Source: an uncultured Candidatus Rokubacteria bacterium (GTDB taxonomy: Bacteria; Methylomirabilota; Methylomirabilia; Rokubacteriales; CSP1-6). From it: a DNA stretch of 64,000 nt. Positions 56,175 to 64,000 of the stretch are shown in pieces. The DNA lies in NCBI GenBank assembly GCA_963754315.1, contig CAVWFS010000018.1, positions 448,001 through 512,000 of the forward strand. The letters run 5' to 3'. Each line of letters opens with the position of its first letter. Position 1 is the stretch's first letter. The translations under genes and the position numbers were made by a program. Below the pieces are notes generated by a model. That model saw nothing but the letters and a program-made list of their open reading frames with translations. It did not search any database and was not told where the DNA came from.

Positions 56175-57523
56175 GCCGGCCCATCCGTGTTCTCGTGGCT
56201 GACGACGAGAAGAACCTGCGCGAGTTGATGGTGCGCGAGCTGTCCCGTCAGGGCCATCAGGTGGAGGGGGTGGCGGACGGGGAGGCCGCGCTCGATCGTC
56301 TGCGGGAGGCGCCTTACGACGTGGTCATCCTCGACATGAAGATGCCGCGCAAGGAAGGCATTGAGGTCCTGCGGGAGCTGGCCGGTTTTCCCGAACAGCC
56401 TCAGGTGATCGTGATGACAGGCTTCCAGGAGGTTTCGAGCGCCGTCGAGGCCATGAAACTGGGCGCCTATGACTACCTGACCAAGCCCACCAGGATCGAG
56501 GAACTCGAGGTGGTCGTCCGCAAGGCAGCCGAGAAGGGACAGCTCCTGCGCGACAATGTGGCCCTTCGCTCGCGCCTGCCAGGAGCCGAGCCGTTCGGCG
56601 GCATCCTGTCTCGTACGCTCCGGATGCAGGAGGTCCTCCGCATGGTCGAGCGGGTGGCCCCCACGGACTCCTCCATCCTCATCCTCGGGGAGAGCGGGAC
56701 CGGCAAGGATTTGGTGGCGCGGGCCATCCACGAGCGGTCCCAGCGTGCGAGCCGCCCCTTCGTGCCCATCCACTGCGGCGCCCTGCCCAGAGAGATCTTG
56801 GAGTCGGAGCTGTTCGGTCACGAAAAGGGCGCGTTCACCGGCGCCGTCGGGGCCAAGCCCGGGCTGCTCGAGCTTGCGGATGGCGGAACCCTCTTCCTGG
56901 ACGAGATCGGGGAGATGGAGCCCGACAGCCAGGTGAAGCTCTTGCGTGTGCTGGAAAGCGGAATGTTCTTCCGGGTCGGTGGCACTCGGCCCCGGCGCGT
57001 GGACGTCCGCTTGGTAACCGCGACCAACCGGGACCTGGCCGAGGCCATGAAGCAGGCGGAGTTTCGTCAGGATCTGTACTACCGGATCAACACCATCACC
57101 ATCCAGCTGCCGCCCCTGCGCGACCGTCGGGAAGACGTGGCCCTTCTGGCTCGACACTTCGTGGAGAGCAACGCTGCCTACGGCGCCAAGCGCCTTGGCC
57201 CCGCGGCCCTGACCGCGCTGGAGGGCTATTCGTGGCCTGGCAACGTGCGGGAACTCCTGCACGCCATCGAGCGTGCGGTCATCCTCTCCAAGGGAGAGGA
57301 GATCCAAGCCGAGGACCTTCCTCCCGAGGTCGCGGGGGCATCCCTGCAGCCAAGCGGCGCCGTGAGCGGCAGCCTCGAAGCGATGGAGCGTCAGCACATC
57401 ATCTCGACCCTGCGCCAGGTCGCCGGGCACCGAGGCAAAGCGGCAGCGCTGCTGGCAATTGACCCAAAGACTCTCTACCGAAAGATCCTCACGTACGGAA
57501 TCAAGCCCGACGAGTACAACTGA
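56171..57523 (+). CDS. Sigma54-dependent response regulator (NtrC family)
   Basis: Receiver domain, GESGTGK, GAFTGA, LDEIGE, WPGNVREL, Fis HTH. Confidence 0.95.
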   Translation: MSRPIRVLVADDEKNLRELMVRELSRQGHQVEGVADGEAALDRLREAPYDVVILDMKMPRKEGIEVLRELAGFPEQPQVIVMTGFQEVSSAVEAMKLGAYDYLTKPTRIEELEVVVRKAAEKGQLLRDNVALRSRLPGAEPFGGILSRTLRMQEVLRMVERVAPTDSSILILGESGTGKDLVARAIHERSQRASRPFVPIHCGALPREILESELFGHEKGAFTGAVGAKPGLLELADGGTLFLDEIGEMEPDSQVKLLRVLESGMFFRVGGTRPRRVDVRLVTATNRDLAEAMKQAEFRQDLYYRINTITIQLPPLRDRREDVALLARHFVESNAAYGAKRLGPAALTALEGYSWPGNVRELLHAIERAVILSKGEEIQAEDLPPEVAGASLQPSGAVSGSLEAMERQHIISTLRQVAGHRGKAAALLAIDPKTLYRKILTYGIKPDEYN

Positions 57524-57607
57524 TCTCGGGCGTTGTGCCTGAGCCTGCCTCGGGCGGTCGCGCCCGCAAGCACTGGGAGCCGTTGGCTTTCTCACCTCGC
57601 ATCGATA

Positions 57608-57622
57608 TGGCACGAGGCTTGC
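57608..57622 (+). promoter_or_regulatory. Sigma54 (-24/-12) promoter
   Basis: TGGCACG-aggc-TTGC directly downstream of the bEBP gene. Confidence 0.75.
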
Positions 57623-57668
57623 CTCTGTCATAGGCTTGGAATTGGACCAGGACCAGGAAAGGGAACCC

Positions 57669-58034
57669 ATGAAGCGAGTCTTACTGATCGATCAGGATGC
57701 GACCGTGATGCAGCGGATCGGTCTGCAGTGTCTGGAGCGCGAAGTAGGTGTGGTGATGGCGGACAACCTGTGCGAGGGGGTCCGAGCCCTGCTGCGCGCG
57801 AGCGTCTCGCTCATCGTCGTCGATGCCGCCCTGCTGCGGCTTACTCCTAAGGAGCACGCCACCCTCTTCGAGCGGGTGGCCCCATCGGTGCCCGTTGTGA
57901 TCGCCCTCCGGCCAGACGCCGCCCTCGAGACGAGGGTGGGATACGAGGTCCTCGGATTCAAGACGCTGACCCGCCCGCTGACGGCCGAGGACATCCTCGA
58001 CAAGGCGGCCGTCGCTGACCCGCCCGTGGGGTGA
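57669..58034 (+). CDS. Atypical single-domain receiver-like protein
   Basis: RVLLIDQD, LIVVD, VPVVI, LTRP (K replaced by R). Confidence 0.7.
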   Translation: MKRVLLIDQDATVMQRIGLQCLEREVGVVMADNLCEGVRALLRASVSLIVVDAALLRLTPKEHATLFERVAPSVPVVIALRPDAALETRVGYEVLGFKTLTRPLTAEDILDKAAVADPPVG

Positions 58035-58044
58035 AGGAGGTGCC

Positions 58045-58236
58045 GTGATACGCCGGCTCGTGATAGGTCTGGCGATTCTGGGGGTGCTAGCGTTGGCTGC
58101 CCTGGAGCTGGCCACCGAGCGGCGTGTCGCGCGCGTGAGCGATCATGGCGCCTTCACGGAAACCAGCGACCCGCGGCTGCCAGCGGCGAGCGAGTGGGAG
58201 TCACACGGAGCGGTCCGACCGGTTCTGACCCGCTGA
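58045..58236 (+). CDS. Small membrane/exported hypothetical protein
   Basis: AAGGAGGT RBS, N-terminal hydrophobic helix. Confidence 0.6.
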   Translation: MIRRLVIGLAILGVLALAALELATERRVARVSDHGAFTETSDPRLPAASEWESHGAVRPVLTR

Positions 58237-58377
58237 CCCTGCCTACTGACTTGCACCTGTCCCTGGCCCGTGTACACTCGGGTATCGGCCGCGTTTGGTC
58301 GAATCTCGCCTCCAATGTGTTCTTCCGCGTTCGCGGGGCGTGTACGGCATCGGAAGAAAGGTTCAGGAGGACACACC

Positions 58378-58785
58378 ATGGCTGCAAAGCTCTACGTCGG
58401 CGGCCTGTCATACTCCACGACGAGTGAGGCTCTCCGGGAGTTCTTCGCGCAAAGCGGTAATGTCCAGTCGGCTACCGTGATTACTGATCGCTTTTCGGGC
58501 CAGTCCCGTGGCTTCGGCTTCGTGGAAATGGCCACCACCGAGGATGCCCAAAGCGCCATCTCGCAGCTGAATGGCCGCGAGCTTGATGGGCGCCGGATCA
58601 CCGTTGAGATCTCGAATCCGCAGGCGCCGCGCCCAGGCGGAGGACGATCGGGCGGCGGTGGGGGCGGGCGCGGCCCCGGTGGTCGCGGGCCCGGCGGTCG
58701 CGGTCCCGGCGGTCGTGGACCCGGCGGCGGCGGTCGCGGCGAGAGCGGTTACGCCCACCGCCCGTCCAAACCCGTAAAGTGGTAA
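58378..58785 (+). CDS. RRM RNA-binding protein with Gly/Arg-rich tail
   Basis: KLYVGGL (RNP2), RGFGFVEM (RNP1), RGPGG x4; AGGAGG RBS. Confidence 0.93.
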   Translation: MAAKLYVGGLSYSTTSEALREFFAQSGNVQSATVITDRFSGQSRGFGFVEMATTEDAQSAISQLNGRELDGRRITVEISNPQAPRPGGGRSGGGGGGRGPGGRGPGGRGPGGRGPGGGGRGESGYAHRPSKPVKW

Positions 58786-58820
58786 GCCGCTAGCGCGAGC
58801 CAGCCTAAGAGCTGCGAATC

Positions 58821-58975
58821 AGGCGCGTCCCGGGTTCCCCGGGGCGCGTCCGAGCGAGGGGGGCCAGGGGGCCCGTTCGAGGCCCCAAAAGGACGAGCGT
58901 GAGACGAGGCGCGTCCCGGGTTCCCCGGGGCGCGTCCGAGCGAGGGGGGCCAGGGGGGCCCTTTCGAGGCCCCCC
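58821..58975 (+). repeat. Two tandem REP-like copies (58821-58886, 58907-58975) between convergent genes
   Basis: aggcgcgtcccgggttccccggggcgcgtccgagcgaggggggccaggggg(g)ccc.ttcgaggcccc occurs twice. Confidence 0.9.
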
Positions 58976-58978
58976 TCT

Positions 58979-60055
58979 CTACAGTATCCGATCGTACCGC
59001 CCGAACTCATGGGCGGCGTCCATGAACCACTTCACCGCCTGCGGGTCCGACCGTGGAGGAATCTCGCACGAAGTCGAGAGAATGAACCCGGAGTGGCGGG
59101 CCGCCGAGTCGAGGCAACGCCGGACGTCAGCTTCCATCTCCTGCCGGGTGGTCTTCTCGAATCGCGTGGCATCGACGTTGCCGATGGCAACCGCCCGTCC
59201 TTTCGCGACCTCCATGAATCGGCGCAGCTGGTCAACGTGGAGCGTAGGATCCGCTTGCTGGTCCAGGTCGAACGACACGGTGGAGAAGCCGCACTGGATC
59301 AGGTCCTCGTAGATGGGATAGGTCGTCCCGCAGATGTGGGTCGTGACCCCGACCTTCTTCGCCTTGAAATGGTCGACAAGGGCCTTGTGGTAGGGGGCGA
59401 TGAATTCACGGTAATTGTCGGGTGAGATCAGGCTGATGGAGGCCGTGGGCTCCGAGAAGCTGAGTCCAATTCCGGTCTTGACGATGGCGTCACCCCACCG
59501 CTTGCAGAACTCCGTGGTGACCTGCATCAGGTCGTGGATGAATTGCGGGTCCTCGAAAGTGTCGAGCAGCATCGTCTCGGGATTACGCAATAACATGGCG
59601 ATCGTCCATGGTCCAACCGCCACCGCCCCGATGGCCGCCGGCGGCTTGGCTTTGACGAGCGCCTCGCACTGCTCGAGGAATCCGGGCAGCCGTCCGGTCG
59701 CATACGGGTCGGGCATGACGAGTTGGGCGAGCCGGCCCTTGTCATCGTTCAGTACGTGAGCGTCGATCGAGGGGACCACATAGTCCGAGTACTTCACCCG
59801 GCAGCCGAACGCTTCGGCCTCCTTGGCAAGATCGTTGTAGGCGAGGATCACGTCCGGCTGATACCGCTCGAAGTAGTTCAGCATCGCCCGGATGGCCTTG
59901 GGGACGTCGGTGCAATATTCCTCGATGCTCAGGCCATCCAAGGTGCCGGCGAAGGAGGCGACGATCGGATATACCGGTACTCGGTCGGCAAACGAGCGCT
60001 TGTAGGCTGCCACCACCCGGTCGCGGTTGGTGTACGTCGCTTGTCCTTCGATCAC
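58979..60055 (-). CDS. UroD/MtaA-CmuA family protein (methylcobamide methyltransferase-like)
   Basis: DRVPV, EAEAFG, GPWTIA, ISP..YREF, HICG, GNVD, ILSTSCEIP. Confidence 0.85.
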   Translation of the reverse strand: MIEGQATYTNRDRVVAAYKRSFADRVPVYPIVASFAGTLDGLSIEEYCTDVPKAIRAMLNYFERYQPDVILAYNDLAKEAEAFGCRVKYSDYVVPSIDAHVLNDDKGRLAQLVMPDPYATGRLPGFLEQCEALVKAKPPAAIGAVAVGPWTIAMLLRNPETMLLDTFEDPQFIHDLMQVTTEFCKRWGDAIVKTGIGLSFSEPTASISLISPDNYREFIAPYHKALVDHFKAKKVGVTTHICGTTYPIYEDLIQCGFSTVSFDLDQQADPTLHVDQLRRFMEVAKGRAVAIGNVDATRFEKTTRQEMEADVRRCLDSAARHSGFILSTSCEIPPRSDPQAVKWFMDAAHEFGRYDRIL

Positions 60056-60206
60056 GAGCCTTGATGGTACTCCCCACCGTGTAGGTGTCGCAATGGCCCG
60101 CGAGGGGGTAGAATACCGCCGCTCGCGCGGCGGTTTACTCGGCGCGTCATCGGACTCTCGAGGACGCGAACGAGAAATGCGCCGTCAAACACCAGGGAGG
60201 GCAGGA

Positions 60207-61625
60207 ATGGCCAACGCACCTAGCGCAAGTTACAGCCTCACGGTCCGCGTGCGTATCGCGAATCGACCGGGCATGCTCGGAAAAGTGACCTCCGTCATCG
60301 GCAAGGCGGGGGGCGACATCGGCGCGGTCGACCTGGTCGAGGCGGGGTCGTCGACGATCACGCGAGATATCACGTTCAAGGCGAGCGACGAGCGGCACGG
60401 TGAGCGCGTCACGGAGCGCTTGCGTGCCATCGCGGGCCTCACCGTGGTGAACGTCTCCGATCGTACGTTCCTCATGCACCTCGGGGGAAAGATCGGCGTG
60501 CACGGCAAGATGCCCGTGAAGACTCGTGACGACCTCTCCATGGCCTATACGCCCGGGGTGGCGCGGGTGTGCATGGCCATTCACAAGGACCCGCAGAAGG
60601 CCTACACCCTGACCATCAAGCAGAACACGGTGGCCGTGGTCACCGATGGTTCGGCCGTGCTGGGGCTAGGCGATATCGGGCCCAGTGCGGCCCAGCCCGT
60701 GATGGAGGGCAAGGCCCTCATCTTCAAGGAGTTCGCGGGGGTGGACGCGTTTCCCATTTGCCTGGCCACCAAGGACGTCGATGAGATCGTCTTGATCGTG
60801 AAGGCCATTGCCCCCGTGTTCGGCGGTATCAACCTGGAGGACATCTCGGCCCCGCGCTGCTTCGAGATCGAAGAGCGGCTGCAGCGCGACCTGGAGATCC
60901 CCGTCTTTCACGACGATCAACACGGCACCGCCGTCGTGGTGCTCGGGGCTCTTGCCAACGCGCTCAAGCTCGTGAAGAAGAAACTCCCGGACGTGAAGAT
61001 CGTCTTCACGGGAGCGGGGGCGTCGGGGATCGCTACCGCCAAGCTGCTCATGCGCGCCGGGGCGCGGCACATCATCGCCTGCGACCGGGCGGGGGCTCTC
61101 TATCGCGGCCGCACGGAGAACATGAACTCCATGAAGGAGTGGTTCGCCGAACACACGAACCCCAAGCGTCTCAAGGGGACGGCCGGTGATGCCCTGGCCG
61201 GCGCCGATATTTTCATCGGCCTCTCCGGCCCCGGTGTGGTCACCCTCAAAGATGTCAAGCGGATGGCGCGAGACCCCATCGTTTTTGCCATGGCCAATCC
61301 GGTACCGGAAATCCAGCCTGAGGAGGCTGGCCCTCACGTCCGGGTCATGGCCACTGGCCGTTCGGACTACGCCAACCAGATCAACAACTCCTGCGGCTTC
61401 CCGGGGTTCTTTCGTGGAATGCTCGACGTGCGCGCCAGCCGGGTGAACGATGAGATGAAGTTGGCGGCAGCCAACGCCCTCGCCGCGATCGTGACCAGCA
61501 GCGAGCTGAGCGAGGAATACATCACCCCGTCGATGTTCGATCCCCGCGTGGTGCCGGCCGTCTCGACTGCCGTGGCCGACGCGGCGGTGAAGACAGGGGT
61601 GGCCCGACGTCAGCGGCACGGGTAG
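60207..61625 (+). CDS. NAD(P)-dependent malic enzyme with N-terminal ACT domain
   Basis: NRPGMLG ACT domain, AYTPGVA, TDGSAVLGLG, MEGK, HDDQHGT, GAGASG, MANPVPE. Confidence 0.92.
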   Translation: MANAPSASYSLTVRVRIANRPGMLGKVTSVIGKAGGDIGAVDLVEAGSSTITRDITFKASDERHGERVTERLRAIAGLTVVNVSDRTFLMHLGGKIGVHGKMPVKTRDDLSMAYTPGVARVCMAIHKDPQKAYTLTIKQNTVAVVTDGSAVLGLGDIGPSAAQPVMEGKALIFKEFAGVDAFPICLATKDVDEIVLIVKAIAPVFGGINLEDISAPRCFEIEERLQRDLEIPVFHDDQHGTAVVVLGALANALKLVKKKLPDVKIVFTGAGASGIATAKLLMRAGARHIIACDRAGALYRGRTENMNSMKEWFAEHTNPKRLKGTAGDALAGADIFIGLSGPGVVTLKDVKRMARDPIVFAMANPVPEIQPEEAGPHVRVMATGRSDYANQINNSCGFPGFFRGMLDVRASRVNDEMKLAAANALAAIVTSSELSEEYITPSMFDPRVVPAVSTAVADAAVKTGVARRQRHG

Positions 61626-61647
61626 CAGGGGAGAAGCCGGCGCTGCG

Positions 61648-61850
61648 GTGAGAGCCAGGGAGCTTCTCGGCGCCTGCTTCGCGCTGTTCGCCGCTCTCCT
61701 GGTGTGGCCGCTTCTCAGCATCCGCCAATCGGCCGCTGCTCGTGGCCGCTACCTGGTGTTTTCTTCCTGGTCGGTCGCCGTGGCCGAGCGCTTCGGGCCG
61801 GCAGCCTCGCCAATCCACGCCGTCAGACCCTCACCCTACCACCTCCGGAA
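61648..61850 (+). CDS. Possible small membrane protein, frameshift-disrupted
   Basis: Hydrophobic MRARELLGACFALFAALLVWPLLSI after GGAG; frame deteriorates downstream. Confidence 0.35.
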
Positions 61851-62060
61851 GGCGGGCCCGGCTGACGCTGTGGAAGGAGGGCGACGCCCTCAGCGCGATG
61901 CGTCCAGGAAGCGCTCCACAGCCCGAAAAATCTGGCCCGTATTCTTCGAGACTTGTCGCAGACTGCGATGGGCACGCCCCGTGCGAAGTGTCCGGATCCG
62001 TCTTGGCACGGGTCGTAGGCGGGGGACTCGAACAACGCGGTTCAGTTCTGAGGAGGGTCT

Positions 62061-62329
62061 ATGGCCGACCTGACAGAAAGGCAGAAGGAGGAGTACTGGC
62101 GGTACAACGCCGTCTGACCACGATCCTGCTCGTGATCTGGTTCGTGGTCACCTACCTCATCTCCGGCCTCTGGGCCGGGGCGCTGAATCAGTACAGCCTC
62201 CTCGGATTCCCTCTCGGCTACTACATGGCGGCCCAGGGCGCGCTGGCGATCTTCGTGGTCGAGATCGCGGTGTACGCGTACCTGATGAACAGAAGGACCA
62301 AGAGTACGGCATCCGCGAGGAGGGCATAG
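62061..62329 (+). CDS. DUF4212 small subunit of solute symporter, frameshifted near 62110
   Basis: MADLTERQKEEYWRYN then LTTILLVIWFVV...GFPLGYYMAAQG; GAGGAGG RBS. Confidence 0.8.
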
Positions 62330-62337
62330 GCGCCACG

Positions 62338-64000
62338 ATGAGCCTGGACAAGATCTTCGGTCTCTACACGATCTGGGCTTTCTCGGGGTCACCGTCCTGA
62401 TCGGTATCGGCGAACGCCTCGGGTTGTTCAGCAACCAGATGATCGGCTGGATCTTCATGGCCCTGTCCCTGGCGATCTACGTCTTCATCGGTATCGTGAC
62501 GCGGACCTCGAACGCCGACCAGTACTACGTGGCCGGGCGCGGCGTGCCTGCTCATCTACAACGGCATGGCGACCGGGTCCGACTGGATGTCGGCGGCGTC
62601 CTTCATCTCCATGGGCGGACGCGATCTCCGCGCCGGGTTTTTCGGTCTCGCCTACGTGATGGGCTGGACCGGCGGCTATCTCCTGCTCGCCGTCTTCCTC
62701 GGGCCGTATCTGCGCCAATTCGGGGCTTACACGATCCCCGACTTCCTCGGGGCCCGCTACGGGGGAACGCGGCACGCGTAGTCGGCGTCATCGGCGCCAT
62801 CGTCTGCTCGTTCACCTACCTCACCGCCCAGGTCACGGGCGTTGGTCTCATCGTCGCCCGATTCATCGGTCATCGACTACAACATCGGGGTGTTCGTGGG
62901 TCTCGTCGGTGTACTCTTCTGTTCGGTGCTGGGCGGGATGAAGTTCCGTGACCTGGACCCAGGTGGCTCAGTACATCATTCTGATCATCTCGTACCTGGT
63001 GCCCGTCGTGTACTTATCGTGGACGATGTTCAGTATCCCGATTCCCCAGCTGACGTACGGCCAGATTCTGCAGCGCAACAACGCAGACCGCGCTCCGGAT
63101 CACGGCGGACCCGGCGGAGAAGGAGACGCGGGCGGTCTGGAGGAAGGAAGCCGACGAGGCCGCGGCGAAGATCAAAGCGGGCGGCCTGCCCGGAGTCCGA
63201 AGTCGATAAGCTCGAGGCGCAGCGGCGGACGGCGCTCGCCCAGGCCGGCCGCTCGCGTCCAGTGACACATGCCCAGTTCGGGCGCACGCTCACCGTTGCC
63301 ACCGGCACCGGCATGTGGAACTTCCTGGCCCTCACCTTCTGCCTGATGGTCGGCACCGCGGGTCTCCCGCACATCTTGACCCGCTACTACACGACGCCCT
63401 CGTTCGTCAAGGAAGCACGCACCTCGGTGGCGTGGTCGCTCTTCTTCATCTTTTTGCTGTACTTCACGGCCCCCGCCTATGCCGCGTTCGCCCGCTTCGC
63501 GGTGTTCACCAAGCTGGTCGGGGCGAGGATCAGTGAGCTTCCGCGCTGGGTGAAGTTCTGGCAGCCGGCGGGCCTCTTCACAGTGGTCGACAAGAACGGG
63601 GACGGCATCGTGCAGTGGGCGGACTTCGTCGTCCGGTAGACCGACTTCGTCGTGCTCTCGATGCCGGAGGTGGCGGGGCTCCCGTTCGTCATCACCGGGC
63701 TCGTCATGGCGGGAGGCCTGGCCGCGGCGCTCTCGACGGCAGACGGCCTGCTCCTCACGATCGCCAACGCCATCTCCCACGACCTCTACTACAACGTCAT
63801 CGATCCCTCGGCGACGCTGGTCAAGCGGCTGACGATCACGAAGATTCTGCTCGTCGTGACCGCGCTCCTGTCGGCCTACACGGCGACCTTCCGGTTTGCC
63901 GTCATCGCGGAACTGGTGGCGTGGGCGTTCAGCCTGGCCGGCGCGTCGTTCTTCCCGGCGTTGGTCATGGGGATCTGGTGGAAACGCGCCAACAAACAGG
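62338..64000 (+). CDS. actP: Cation/acetate (sodium:solute) symporter, ActP-like; multiple frameshifts; cut by window end
   Basis: YYVAGRGV, MATGSDWMSAASF, GWTGGY, YTIPDF, TWTQVAQY, MVGTAGLPH, DKNGDG, GGLAAALSTADGLLL. Confidence 0.82.

Noticed and set aside
62004..62018. TGGCACG upstream of the DUF4212/actP operon as a sigma54 promoter
   Set aside because: The -12 element reads GTAG rather than TTGC; it cannot be supported in this error-prone region
63637..63639. In-frame TAG in the ActP-like symporter as possible pyrrolysine or amber recoding
   Set aside because: It lies in the most error-rich part of the window, at a non-catalytic loop position; other genes use TAG as a normal stop; no pyl genes are visible

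Overview
High-GC bacterial chromosomal window of mostly core and metabolic genes; gene content and order suggest a soil lineage such as Rokubacteria/Methylomirabilota (inference only). In order: an Opp/Dpp-type ABC system, a 7Fe ferredoxin, a thiolase-fold/DUF35/CoA-transferase trio, cimA, an ADP-forming acyl-CoA ligase, an RraA-like gene, ligA, an Fe(III) ABC pair with a divergent DtxR-family regulator, a complete System I cytochrome c maturation operon (ccmABCDEFGHI), htpX, the yceD-rpmF-plsX-fabHDG-acpP-fabF-rnc cluster, methionine/C1 genes (yitJ, a metB-like gene, a split B12 methionine synthase, an MtaA/UroD-like gene), glpK, aroK, a GAF histidine kinase with a sigma54 response regulator, an RRM protein, malic enzyme and a DUF4212/solute symporter operon cut off by the window end. 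Several single-base frameshifts in conserved genes look like long-read indel errors. Most notable signals: (1) an AhpD/CMD-like gene split by an in-frame UGA in a C-P-F-U motif, with a hairpin 11 nt downstream (candidate selenoprotein with bacterial SECIS); (2) a dispersed two-hairpin GC-rich REP-like repeat family at 7 loci; (3) an RNase III lacking the dsRBD and carrying Mini-III-like motifs at the rnc locus; (4) a split MetH without a pterin module; (5) a DtxR-family operator, two sigma54 promoters and many probable leaderless genes. I found no rRNA, tRNA, CRISPR array or transposase.
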